Shown here piece by piece: positions 31,447 to 41,536 of a stretch of DNA of 64,000 nt (position 1 is its first letter; every line of letters begins with the position of its first letter). Source of the stretch: an uncultured Nitrososphaerota archaeon (GTDB lineage: Archaea > Thermoproteota > Nitrososphaeria > Nitrososphaerales > CADDZS01); NCBI GenBank assembly GCA_963799845.1, contig CAWCYI010000006.1, forward strand, positions 800,001 to 864,000, written 5' to 3'. A program made the position numbers and the translations under genes. The notes below the pieces were generated by a model. That model saw nothing but the letters and a program-made list of their open reading frames with translations. It was not told the DNA's origin and made no database searches.

Positions 31447-31803
31447 TGACGAATCTCATTCGAAAGCACTGATCCATACTTGGAACATCCGAAAGAATTT
31501 CGTTCGAGTCCTCAGATTTTTGCCGAAGCCTTGAGTCCCTTGTGTCTTTTTCTTATCTTAATCTGAGGCAACACTCGCAGACTCGCTGAGGTCCTTCTGG
31601 GCTACGACATAGACCTATATAGTGCGACACACCTATTACATATTTGAGAAATACATTGCAAACAAGAACATCATTACCAACACCTGTGTCAACAGCAACA
31701 AGACCGATAACCACCATAAAGCAGCGAGTATCTCAGATGTTCTCAAGCTCGGTGAATGATGTTTCAGAGTTTTTGTCCGTTATAGGATTTTAGTTGAGAA
31801 CTC

Positions 31804-32226
31804 ATGAACAATCCATTTCACCATAGTCAGAGTCTAGAGCCATTTAAGCTCCTAGTTCAGTCTAATTCCTCGCGATTGAAAGATATCGTCATGGACAATC
31901 AGAGGTTGTACTTTGCGATGCAAAGCTTTCTGATTCTGTCTCCAGCGAGACAAATACCCCAACTAGGCGGAGTTGGTTTACTCGTTGCAAAGGGAGACGC
32001 AGCAAAGGCTATCGGGAAGAATCTGGAGGCACGTGTAGATTACGAAACTGCAGCGAGGATCGAGATATTCGAGCAGCACAAAGAAAGCGCGAGAAACTGT
32101 CTGGAACTAGCTGATGGGGTTTCAGAGAATGTATCACAGCATCACGAGTTCCATGAAACGATGCTGGCTGATATGGACGAGGTACTGCGGGTTTCCAAAG
32201 CCTTCCAAAGCTCTGCGACTAATTGA
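31804..32226 (+). CDS. Hypothetical protein
   Basis: 140-aa ORF with a TPR-like helical segment; no firm family. Confidence 0.5.
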   Translation: MNNPFHHSQSLEPFKLLVQSNSSRLKDIVMDNQRLYFAMQSFLILSPARQIPQLGGVGLLVAKGDAAKAIGKNLEARVDYETAARIEIFEQHKESARNCLELADGVSENVSQHHEFHETMLADMDEVLRVSKAFQSSATN

Positions 32227-32300
32227 ACTTCAACTTTGAAAATAAAGTAAGTACTTCTCAATAGTTATTTAACTATCTCATTATTTCAGGAATTCCTGAA

Positions 32301-32579
32301 TTGAGCATCGAATATCCACCGAAATTTGTTGGCCTTCTCATAAGGGATTTCAGTGGGAAGATCATTGCTGGCACAATTACCTCTATCGACCACAGGCAGA
32401 AAATTGTCAGAGTTTCCGACGTTTCAATTCTGGAAATAGTCGGATTGAAACATGGGTTAGAGCCGATTTACGACAAAAGAAAAATCGGGCGGTTTCACTT
32501 ATCTCTCACTGGAAACGATAGTCCATTGGGAGAATTTGCCGGATTATCTGGAAAGAAAAGATTAGCCGATGACAGTTAA
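32301..32579 (+). CDS. Hypothetical protein
   Basis: 92-aa TTG ORF, beta-rich. Confidence 0.45.
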   Translation: MSIEYPPKFVGLLIRDFSGKIIAGTITSIDHRQKIVRVSDVSILEIVGLKHGLEPIYDKRKIGRFHLSLTGNDSPLGEFAGLSGKKRLADDS

Positions 32580-32701
32580 CAGCAACAAAAACCGATGATT
32601 AGTTACCAGAACCTCTTTTACACACATAATAACGGATTCAGAAACTCTAAACACAAAAGACTTCAGGACTGGAAAAAATCGCATTTTGGAAGGAGTAGAG
32701 T

Positions 32702-33100
32702 TTGGTTCATACAGAGGACACTGAATCCCACATCAGGGCGGTCCTCGAGGATGCTGAATACTGGAGGACAAAGCGGCTAGAGCCTATCATGTTTCAACTG
32801 ATCAGGAAGGGCAAACTAGGATTCTACGATTTGTTTACGGCCTCGCCAAAGCCCAGAGCGGTTCCCTCGCTTGCTCGTGGGCAGCCTCAAGCCGGTCTGG
32901 AAGAGCGTGTTGAAACTCTGGAATTGAACCTAGGAAGATACATCAACGGAATTGAAATCGCCGCTCAGATTGCCAGAGATTCGTACTTCATAGATGAACA
33001 GAGGAAAGATTCGGGGGTGTACGACGACGAACTGAAATTTGTTCACAGAGAATTAACAGCGGGATCTAGCCAGGGAGAAAAACTTTCTGAGGTTGAGTAG
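32702..33100 (+). CDS. Hypothetical protein, possibly a nitrile hydratase/thiocyanate hydrolase beta-like subunit
   Basis: Abuts (TAG-ATG) the NHase-alpha-like fragment; assignment is by context only. Confidence 0.45.
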   Translation: MVHTEDTESHIRAVLEDAEYWRTKRLEPIMFQLIRKGKLGFYDLFTASPKPRAVPSLARGQPQAGLEERVETLELNLGRYINGIEIAAQIARDSYFIDEQRKDSGVYDDELKFVHRELTAGSSQGEKLSEVE

Positions 33101-33343
33101 ATGTTAGACGAATATTACGATGTCCTGCTGGTGTATCTCAACGCCCTGGTTGGAAGGGGCTTCATTAAACCCGATAAATTGGAGGAAATGCTCGAGGCGC
33201 CCGTTCCACCCAAATTTGAAAACGGAGCGAGAAATGTTGCATTAGCTTGGACGGACGCGCAGTTCAAATCTAAACTTCTGCAAGACGCAAAGCAGACCCT
33301 CCGCGAGATGGGTATCGCAGTTTACAGGTCGCCGCGTCTTTGA
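33101..33343 (+). pseudogene. N-terminal fragment of nitrile hydratase alpha / thiocyanate hydrolase gamma subunit
   Basis: ENGARNVALAWTDAQFKSKLLQDA matches the NGA.VVA.AW.D..FK..LL.D motif; it ends before the CxLCSC metal site. Confidence 0.75.
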
Positions 33344-33911
33344 AGGAGTCAACCCGCAGGGTGTGCGGGTGGCACACTTTGGGGTCCCCACTCCGGAGGA
33401 ACTCAATCACGATTTTCTATGGCGAGTTCACAAGGAGGTACCCGGCAACGGTGAAATTGTCATCTTCAACCGAAGTCACTACGAGGGCGTACTTGTCGTC
33501 CGTGTCCACAAGCTAGTTCCAGGGGAAGTCTGGAAAAATAGGTATCAAGAGATTGTGGACTTTGAGCGATCGCTTTTCGATGAGGGTACGACGATCATAA
33601 AGTTCTATTTGCATATTGATGCGGATGAGCAAAAGAAACGACTGCAAGATCGTCTTGACGATCCAACCAAGAGGTGGAAATTCAGCTACAACGATCAGCC
33701 GGAGAGAGAGCATTGGTCAGAATATATGAGGGCCTACGAAGATGTTTTGGAAAAGACTAGCACGAAATGGGCTCCGTGGTACATAATACCAGCTAATCAC
33801 AACTGGTTCCGAGACGTATTAGTTTCCACAATCGTTGTGAAGACACTAGAACATATGCACATGCAATATCCTGAATTGACAACGGAGACCCAGCAATCAA
33901 ACATAAGGTAA
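33333..33911 (+). pseudogene. ppk2: 5'-truncated polyphosphate kinase 2 (class III PPK2)
   Basis: RVFEGVNPQGVRV..F.VPTPEELNHDFLWR, IFNRSHYE, KFYLHI, KRWKFS..D, APWYIIPANHNWFR; the Walker A (GxDxxGKD) region is absent. Confidence 0.85.
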
Positions 33912-34081
33912 GAATTAGAACAGAAGCGTTCCCAGTAGACAATGCTCGATTATTTCGCTGTCACTGAAAGCTGTCTTTGAAAAATGATAAATTATGAGGT
34001 TAGAGAGTACTATGTTACTATCGGCGATCAGATTTCGCATAACGAAATCTTAAGAGCTAAAGTATTCGACTTCCGTATTCG

Positions 34082-34558
34082 ATGTCTGAACTTACCAGGT
34101 CTCACATTAGTATTGCGGGTGCACATTTTGTAGCCGGAGAGCTTTCACAGAGAGGGCACGTGGCGACACTGACCCCTCGAAACACGAGGGGAATCGATGT
34201 CCTAGTTTCAAAGCTTGACGGGTCAAAATCCGTAAGCATTCAAGTGAAGACTAGTAGCGCTAAACTAAGAGAAAACTACACCAGGAGTTGGTCGATGGGA
34301 AAGAAGGATGAGAATATTTTTTCCGACTACCTGTTCTACGTTTTCGTTGACATCAAAAGTGGCAACGAAAAACCCGACTATTATGTCGTAAAAAGCAAGA
34401 TTGTAGCCGAATACGTAAAGACGACCCACAAGGAATACCTCGCCAAATCTGGCGGAGAAGGAAAACCGCACCCGGACGCCGAAATGAGAGCTTTCGTGAT
34501 TGAAGATTCTGATGTCGACAAATTCCTTAACAGATGGGACACGCTAGGCCTAGATTAG
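34082..34558 (+). CDS. PD-(D/E)xK nuclease-fold protein (Hjc/restriction-endonuclease-like)
   Basis: AGAHFVAGELSQRG...GIDVLV...SIQVKT. Confidence 0.78.
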   Translation: MSELTRSHISIAGAHFVAGELSQRGHVATLTPRNTRGIDVLVSKLDGSKSVSIQVKTSSAKLRENYTRSWSMGKKDENIFSDYLFYVFVDIKSGNEKPDYYVVKSKIVAEYVKTTHKEYLAKSGGEGKPHPDAEMRAFVIEDSDVDKFLNRWDTLGLD

Positions 34559-35146
34559 CGCTTAAGCTAGGCCCAGTTATGAGCTTGGCATCTGTTATTC
34601 GCATAATTGCTTTCCGGATCGTAGTTGAAAGCCATAAACTCAGCAACGTTTTCCCGTTCTTCCTAGGTTGCTCTGGTCTATCCGTTAAGGAAGGTCAGCG
34701 GCACCTAGGGAGGACATTTATCTCAATCAATCAATTTTCGTCTCCACGATGCGAATATCGAAAGCCTGTTGAAACGCGGCAGAGAGATTACTATGAAGCG
34801 TTGTCGAAATCGAACTGATCGGCGGGAGCCGTCCAACCGCGAAGGTGTGCAAGATATAGATGACGTGCGTACAAATCATAGCCAAGTCCCGCAGTTGCCT
34901 GACAATCTGGGCACACTCCCATGAGGTCTTTCAAGTCTGCCCAAGCATCTTCGGCTAGTGACTCCGTTATCGATGACATACTCATCGGAGAGCCAAAAAG
35001 TACTATGAAAACTAGTCTTCCAAATGTAAGTCTAGTTCCAAGAAATATTGTCAAATATCTGTTCAAAAATGAACAGATAAATCTAGGTTGTTAGTCTTTT
35101 TTTTGTGCCGATCATGTTTAGGGCATTCGCTTAAGAAACATCCTCT

Positions 35147-35212
35147 TGCGTATTTGTATCAGGATCTGGTATAGCAGATGCGTATTTGTATCAGGATCTG
35201 GTATAGCAGATG
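35147..35212. repeat. Exact tandem duplication of a 32-bp unit
   Basis: TGCGTATTTGTATCAGGATCTGGTATAGCAGA x2 plus TG. Confidence 0.95.
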
Positions 35213-35464
35213 ACGAAACAGATAATTTGGTTCCTGACAATACTAGATGAATCTAATTGCGATTTCAATAACTGTCACAAGAACCATAACGAAAACTGTT
35301 CACGAACTTGTTCTTCGGTCTTGCGACCTTAGGCAAAAAGAGTCGATTGGAAAAGATGCTGAAGTAATCGATGCTCCCGTCAATTGACCTATTGTTAGGT
35401 ATGAGGTTGAAAAGTCGTCAGCCTCGGAGATGAATAAATGGGCTCGTTTCGTATTCTTGCGATG

Positions 35465-37031
35465 CTAAGCGCTCACTATGCAGCAAAGGGGAGTAACTCG
35501 GTATAACGCCACACCTTCGGAGGGAACGCTAGCACTGATTGTGCCGGCGTGTGAGATTGTCCAGACCTGCCCCGTCCAGAGGTTTTCGACCAAGTAACCG
35601 AACGAATCGCTAGGTAGTCCCATAGCGGACGCCGTTGTCGAGATGGTTTCATTTGCCGCGTGCAAGTTGGTGCTCGTGTCGAACAGCCCCACGATGCCAT
35701 CACCCCGAGGCTCCACTTTGGCAAAAACTTGCGCAGTCCCAACTTTCAAGATCCGGGACGCGTCAATCGAGTCCTGGTCGACCTCGATAACTTGGCGGTT
35801 CATCAAGAGGCTGAGGTCGGCCAGGTGTAGACCACTGCTTGCGCCGTACGCATTCGTCACTTTGCTTGTCAAGTCGACGCCGAGAATCAGCGGAGAGGAG
35901 CCTAGCGCCCACAAGCTCAACTGGCTCTCCTCGGCAGCATAAGACATGCCGCTATTGGCGGGACCGTTGCCGACCTCGATCGAGTCGTAATCATTGAACC
36001 CGCCGGGGCCACCGTAAGGCTGCCAGTTGGTGACCCCATTGAACCGATCTTCCCAGTGAGAAAAGCTGGTCAGGGGGAAGACGCTCAGGCAACCAGTAAA
36101 TGGAGGAATGCTGCAGCTATTCGCGCTGCCTTCATCCGGTCCATTGATTTCAATGTCGGGGAGGAATTCCCATTGGTTGGAATACCTCTTCAACTCTGGA
36201 GCGATTTTGATCGTGAAACTGCCCTGAGTTGTGTCAAGTATCATCGGGCGGCCTGACTGTGCTATAGCAGTTGACCATGCCCTAACGTCAGGCACGTTCC
36301 TGTTCGTGATGCCGTCGAGCTTGATGTAATCGACTCCCCATGACGCGAGCTCGTCCACAATGGAGTTGACGTAAGTCTTGGGCTCCCGGTTTGCCGTAGT
36401 TCAAATCGACCATTCCACCGCAGTTGTAGTTGTTCTGCGAGGCCTTGGTGGCGATCTGGTCGGCAGTATAAAGAGTGCCCAAGACTGGCGTGTTCTCCGC
36501 CACCGCCTGCTCGGAGATACCGGCCGTTTCATAGACGCCGAATTTCAATCCGAGGCTGTGCACATACGCGGCCAAGGCCATGATTCCATTTTGCGAGCCA
36601 ACACTCGGGTAATTCGTCGAATTGATAACCCACCGGCCGTAGTGGTCCACGTTGGGCCCCTGAGGTCCCGGGCACTGGTACCAGCCGTCGTCGATATTGA
36701 TGTACTCGTATCCGACCGACGCGAGGCCGGTCGAGATCATCGCTTGGGCCTCCCCCTCTACCTGGGAGGTATCCGCGCCAATTCTTAGGAAGCTCCAGCT
36801 ACTCCAACCCATCACAGGAGTCTGGTCGACACTCAACTTTTGCGGACTGGAGAAATTGTACGAAGCTGTATCCATCTGTGAGACGCTTATTGCGCCGATG
36901 CCCTGTTGAACCTCATTATTGCTCGTTGGAGCTTTTAGTGAATCCGCGCCTGCAACGACAAAGATTACAACGACTATGATAGCCAGCCCAATTCTAGTAG
37001 GAGTGACCGCTTTATTTTTGGTAAATTTCAT
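35465..37031 (-). CDS. Secreted GH27 alpha-galactosidase-like glycosidase; frameshift near 36373
   Basis: TPVMGWSSW, YINIDDGW, GLKFGVY, WGVDYIKLDG, GGFNDYDSIEVGNG, LWAL.SSPLILG; N-terminal TM. The frame switches between AQ and YVNS. Confidence 0.92.
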
Positions 37032-37251
37032 ACTCCCGCATCTACACCATAATGAGGTGGAGACATTTCTCATACGGATAAACACTTCGAAACAATGTTC
37101 CTTGATGGTTTGTGAGCTGGTTCCACATTAGAAGAACCTAATCGTCTAGTTTGCGCATTTCCGATTATGTTTGGTTTGGCTGAATTGCACGTCTATTGGC
37201 TCGGCAGATAACCGCCACTTTTGGAGTTTGAGTGCGGAAGATCTCTCAAAT

Positions 37252-37680
37252 TCAGAAGGGATAGAATTTGGGCAGACTCACTCCGAGTGTTGCTATCAGA
37301 ATCGCGTCCAAAATGACCAAAACTAGCCATGCGACCACAACAATGCCTAGCGCGCCAAACCAGCTTGTATCAAATGAAGCACGATAAACGGCCAACCAAG
37401 CGAGCAACGCTAGTACAAATGCAAATATTACGGCGGACTGACCTAGGAGTGCTCCCAAAAAGAAATCCAGGCCATAAAATACCAGGAAGTAGACCAACCC
37501 ACCCCCAAGAGTTGCAACCATTGCATCTCCGAAAGTAGATTCACCCGTTGTAACTAGTTTTCCGGCAAAGTAAACTGGAATCGAGACGATAACCCACAAG
37601 ATAATTAGGGCAAGTACGAAGATTATCACACCCGTAAGAGTTCCAGGAATCGGGAGAGAAAATGAGGCCATGGTACTCAT
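37252..37680 (-). CDS. Hypothetical 4-TM membrane protein
   Basis: Hydrophobic helices, SIPVYFAGK...FGDAMVATL. Confidence 0.75.
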   Translation of the reverse strand: MSTMASFSLPIPGTLTGVIIFVLALIILWVIVSIPVYFAGKLVTTGESTFGDAMVATLGGGLVYFLVFYGLDFFLGALLGQSAVIFAFVLALLAWLAVYRASFDTSWFGALGIVVVAWLVLVILDAILIATLGVSLPKFYPF

Positions 37681-37724
37681 CCCATAAAAGTCTCCCTTAT
37701 TTAATTCCTGAGGTACTTCGGCAC

Positions 37725-38054
37725 TCAAAAATAATGCGTGGAGCTTGGAAAGTCTTCCAAGAACAGCGGCTTGACATCAAAGGGCCTCCTTTGGAGCTCA
37801 TTTTCAAGATCTTCCTCCCGCCTTGCGAAAACTGCAGGAACGTTCTGAATCTTCGCAACTGCCAGAACATAACAATCCACCAGAGAGATCGATCTTGCGC
37901 ACTTGTAGCATCCAGCCTGCATGTCAATTTCATCCGAAGAAACCAGAGAGATAACTGGTTTTAAGTAACGTCTCGATTGCTTCGCTAGCGTATTCGTCCC
38001 CCCTTTCTTCTGCACATCATATAGAATAATTCCGATATTGTTTGTCCGCTCCAA
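37725..38054 (-). pseudogene. PIN-domain toxin remnant
   Basis: C-terminal PIN motif SISLVDCYVLAVAK; the N-terminal D motif is missing. Confidence 0.6.
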
Positions 38055-38198
38055 AAGATTCTGTCAATTCTAGGAGTAGCCAGCCATCTAGATGAAGCCG
38101 ATAAAGTTCAAACCTCCAGTCATGGTCGCTGCGAAATTCTTTCGACAAACATAGAGGAAGTAAGAGCGAGCTATTTTTCAAATCATCTGCGAGAGCTT

Positions 38199-39500
38199 TT
38201 GAATGCCTCTTGGAATCAAAGAAAATGGGGAGTGATCAAATTGTATAGGTCAGATCGGAATCTCCTCCTCGATCGGAGTTTTCTGAAGTATAACTCAACG
38301 GCTGCCCTCGCCAATTTTGTCCAACCCATCTTCACCCTCTTCCTTCCTCTTCTAGCCCTCGAGCACGGCGCCAGCGTCTTCGAGATAGGACTGGTCGGGG
38401 GCGCCCCCAGTCTTGTCTACTCATTCATGCCACTCGTAATGGGAAGATTTTCTGACAAGGGACAAGCTCGCAGCTTGTTGATCATTCTCGCACTCGCTCT
38501 ACTTTCCGCTATCTCGATCCTGTACCACTTTGCAGAAAATCCAGTTGACTTGATTCTCCTCAGGATATTAGAAGGACTGGGCTGGGTTGCCTTTTGGCCT
38601 TCGATTGATTCCGCGGTAAGCCACGATACCAAGATAGATCCGAGCAAGGCTCTAGCGATTTTTAATCTATCCTGGTCATCGACTTCAGCTCTTGGACCAC
38701 TCGTCGGTGCCTTCGTCGTCGTAATTTTCTCCATCAATCAGGTCTTCATATTCAACGCGATTTTTCTTATAGCGGCACTTTTACTTAATTTGATCACTTT
38801 CTCCGGGTTCAGGAGATCCAATGTCTCCGAAAATCCAGATATCGAAGAGGTCGATATTGCTGAGAGAAAAACGTCACAAATTGTAGATACCTCTAGCCAC
38901 GCCGAAAAGCCCACTCAAGCGATCCCGAAGATCCTGAAAGTCAGTCCACTGTTTTACGTGCTTTCTCTTGTATTATGCACTATCTCATCCAATACATTGG
39001 CCTCGTTCTTCTCTCCTTACTCCCACTCTCAGGGTGTTCCGACTCTGATTATCGGTGCAATCGCATTCACCTACGGCTTTGCGAGATTCATTGGTTATCT
39101 CGTCACTTCGGGGACACGACTCAGGAATTTCCTGCTCGTTGAGCGCACTCGGATCAGAAACATCTTCGTGTTGCTATTCTTGGTGTCGTTATCCCCTCTG
39201 ATCATGCTCGTTCACACCAGTTCGGGCACCATCTATTTTCTTTCGTTCGGCATCTTGGGCTTTAGCTACTCGTTCATCTATTACATTGCAATGGTGGCGT
39301 TTTTGGCCGAGACAGACAGGGAGAGGATGGGAGCCGGTGCAGGGATATTCGAAACCTCGATTGGTGTCGGAAGCCTTGTTGGACCGGTCATAGCAGGACT
39401 TGTCTCGGGCAACTCGCTCTCGATTCCGTTCATCGTTCCATCCGTCATCTCAATTCCAATCCTGACAGTACTATTCTTCTTGTCCAGGTCAAGGAGATAG
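38199..39500 (+). CDS. MFS transporter
   Basis: MGRFSDKG, LRILEGLG, GSLVGPVIAG; 12 TM; start probably ~38241. Confidence 0.9.
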   Translation: MNASWNQRKWGVIKLYRSDRNLLLDRSFLKYNSTAALANFVQPIFTLFLPLLALEHGASVFEIGLVGGAPSLVYSFMPLVMGRFSDKGQARSLLIILALALLSAISILYHFAENPVDLILLRILEGLGWVAFWPSIDSAVSHDTKIDPSKALAIFNLSWSSTSALGPLVGAFVVVIFSINQVFIFNAIFLIAALLLNLITFSGFRRSNVSENPDIEEVDIAERKTSQIVDTSSHAEKPTQAIPKILKVSPLFYVLSLVLCTISSNTLASFFSPYSHSQGVPTLIIGAIAFTYGFARFIGYLVTSGTRLRNFLLVERTRIRNIFVLLFLVSLSPLIMLVHTSSGTIYFLSFGILGFSYSFIYYIAMVAFLAETDRERMGAGAGIFETSIGVGSLVGPVIAGLVSGNSLSIPFIVPSVISIPILTVLFFLSRSRR

Positions 39501-39613
39501 GTAGACGACTAACGCGACCTTCGGAAAGATTGCGAGGAGTGACCCCGATCATTACGAAATCATATACTATTCTTGATATATCGTCCTCGCTCAATTTTTT
39601 TCGAAAGCCGACT
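39402..39613 (+). repeat. Copy 1 of a ~210-bp diverged direct repeat (MFS 3' end plus downstream); copy 2 at 43221-43429
   Basis: Shared CAACTCGCTCTCGATTCC.TTCATCGTTCCA.CCGTCATC ... ACGAAATCAT...CTATTCTTGATATATCGT ... CTCAATTTTTT(T)CGAAAGCCGACT. Confidence 0.9.
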
Positions 39614-39657
39614 GGCATTCTAAACCGGATTAACCTGGGGGATTCCAGAAGTGAGTC

Positions 39658-39918
39658 CTACCTGTAAACCTTGTCGTGATGTTCATAATCTTCCAAGACA
39701 ACGCTCTTTCTTGGTTCATCTATGGAATACGTCAGGACATAATTTCCAAAATGAACTCTTCTCATCCCCACCAAAGGATAATGGAGGGGTTTGAACCTAT
39801 GCGGGTCTTCGAGTATCTCATTGATTTTTTCCGTAATCGTTTTCATTTGGTCGGGATTTCGCTTGGCCAATTTCTTGAAGATTCTGTCAACGTGCTCTCT
39901 TACTTCCAAAACATACAT
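39658..39918 (-). CDS. relE: RelE/ParE-family toxin
   Basis: FKKLAKRNP...EILEDPHRFKPL...RRVHFGNYVLTY...YEHHDKVY. Confidence 0.88.
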   Translation of the reverse strand: MYVLEVREHVDRIFKKLAKRNPDQMKTITEKINEILEDPHRFKPLHYPLVGMRRVHFGNYVLTYSIDEPRKSVVLEDYEHHDKVYR

Positions 39919-40161
39919 TTAATTCAAACCGTATCTTTTCTTGAAGTCTTTGACGCTGCCCACTCTGATTATTGGTTCCTTCCGAATCTTCTTTAGTTTC
40001 TTCACGTATTCGGGCCTAATATTTGACTCGAGGATAATTTCCTTGTACAGTTTTGCCATTTTGTTTATCGCATGTGACTTGTCCTTCAAGTCGTATTGAG
40101 CCTTGAGGATATTGAGGACGGTGTTTGCTTCCTTCTCTATATCGACGATGGCTTTGACCAT
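39919..40161 (-). CDS. Antitoxin (DUF2683-like) of the RelE module
   Basis: MVKAIVDI..EAN.VLNILKA.Y.LKDKS.AI...IRPEYVKKLKKI; directly upstream of relE, with palindrome TTAATA-cta-TATTAA at 40163-40177. Confidence 0.85.
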   Translation of the reverse strand: MVKAIVDIEKEANTVLNILKAQYDLKDKSHAINKMAKLYKEIILESNIRPEYVKKLKKIRKEPIIRVGSVKDFKKRYGLN

Positions 40162-40204
40162 GTTAATACTATATTAATATTGGAATATAATCTAATCGCA
40201 ATTC

Positions 40205-40625
40205 GTTTAGCCTCGGAACGACCACCGAGAGCATGACCGAAAAAAGTAGATAAAACAGCAATAAAACCGTCGGCACGTTGAGTTTTGTATTCAAGACTTT
40301 ATTTCGTGTCCGACACTCGTTCATCTGTCGCTCTTTGCGGAGTACATCGTTATTACTTCTTGCCTTGTTGTTCTTTGCTCGTCAAACAGAAGTGTGTTTT
40401 AGGGTCGGGTCCAGTCAGTCTAGGGAAACAAAAGGCAAACACTATTGGCGAAGTTGAGCTTTTAGCTTGTAATCTTCCCTTTGAAGGAAGTAGAATCTGT
40501 GAAGGGGGAAAAGCTGTAGACCGTAAAGCAAGCGCCTTTACGCTAGGTCCAGTCATCCCGCTGTGCCTTTAGTATCTGCTCTCCAATTCCTCAAACTATC
40601 TGAAACCCGATTTCCCTCCACACTC
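40205..40625 (-). ncRNA. Candidate structured non-coding RNA downstream of the DIP1984-family gene
   Basis: No credible ORF. Paired segments: 40577-40583/40227-40233, 40427-40438/40360-40372, 40305-40314/40269-40277. Hairpins at 40522-40542, 40474-40490 and 40212-40229. TGACTGGACC occurs twice. Confidence 0.6.
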
Positions 40626-40627
40626 CA

Positions 40628-41101
40628 TCAGATGGAAATCTCTAGCTCCACAGACTGATTTGCCTGTTGAATCAGCGCGTCCAGCCCGTTTTTACGACTC
40701 TGATAGTCTTCAAGCATTGAAAGGAGCGTCAAGGTATCTTTTTGCTTGAGCATTTTGACATCTTCCTTGGAGCGCCTTTCGCGATCAAAAAATCCTCTAC
40801 GCTCTATATGCATCATGTCTTTGAGCTGATCTACCGTGGATCGAAGATTGGCGAGCTCGACAATGTTTTCAAAGAGTGTTTTCCCGTTTGGTAGAGTTGC
40901 ATTCATGTTTGCTTTTGCGATTCCAACTTTTATCTTTGTCAATTTGTTGACGACTTCCTTGATTTTGACAGTCAGTGAGTCGAAGTCGAACTCTGGCTTT
41001 TCGTCTTCTGGATACTCTAGGTTTCGGTTTCTGAGTCCTATCAGCTGGACGAGCTGAGACTGCAGCGATTTCTTCAACGCTAGCGCTTCGTATAATTTCA
41101 T
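40628..41101 (-). CDS. DIP1984-family coiled-coil protein (157 aa from MKLYEAL)
   Basis: MKLYEAL.LKK.LQ, EDEKPE.D, IK..IAKAN, LDALIQQAN.SVEL match the family pattern MKLAEAL..R..LQ...E.P.ED...I..IN..N...LD..IQ..NW..EL. Confidence 0.8.
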   Translation of the reverse strand: MKLYEALALKKSLQSQLVQLIGLRNRNLEYPEDEKPEFDFDSLTVKIKEVVNKLTKIKVGIAKANMNATLPNGKTLFENIVELANLRSTVDQLKDMMHIERRGFFDRERRSKEDVKMLKQKDTLTLLSMLEDYQSRKNGLDALIQQANQSVELEISI

Positions 41102-41290
41102 GACCTCGTTTTCGCCTTGGGAAATTGCAGTACTATTACTGTAATCATAAGCGTTGTCGTCTGTAAAAGCTGACCAGCGGTCTGAGATTCTTGTCTGAGG
41201 TGCCGGCGGATAATTCATCTGGCAGAGCTACAATTCATGTCCCTCGGCATGCTTATATGTAAGACTACTTATTTTACTTATTTTGCGGAC

Positions 41291-41515
41291 ATGCCGAACG
41301 TCACTTTGGCAGTGCCAGACGAACTGCACAGGATCATGAAGAATCATCCCGAGATCAAGTGGAGTGAAATCGCCCGTCACGCTATGAAAGAGTACGCCGC
41401 TCACTTGGAGGTCATCGACGAGATCACCAACAAAAGCAAGTTCACCGAGAACGATGCGCTGGAAGTTGGTTCGGCGGTGAACAAGATCTCGCTGCGAGGT
41501 ACAAACGGGCCATGA
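41291..41515 (+). CDS. Ribbon-helix-helix antitoxin
   Basis: [29 protein letters not shown]; possible 1-nt loss at the GATC at 41485. Confidence 0.85.
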   Translation: MPNVTLAVPDELHRIMKNHPEIKWSEIARHAMKEYAAHLEVIDEITNKSKFTENDALEVGSAVNKISLRGTNGP

Positions 41516-41536
41516 GAAAGAGAAGGTCAAACCCCG

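Noticed and set aside
31691-32597. Short direct repeat AACAGCAACAA..ACCGAT flanking two hypothetical ORFs
   Set aside because: Short, low-complexity and imperfect; insufficient to call att sites.
35147-35212. Possible CRISPR array (32-bp repeat)
   Set aside because: Only two abutting copies, no spacer and no cas genes.
40285-40572. ORFs 40285..40572 (+) and 40353..40556 (-)
   Set aside because: No protein-like motifs or composition; the region is better explained as structured non-coding sequence.
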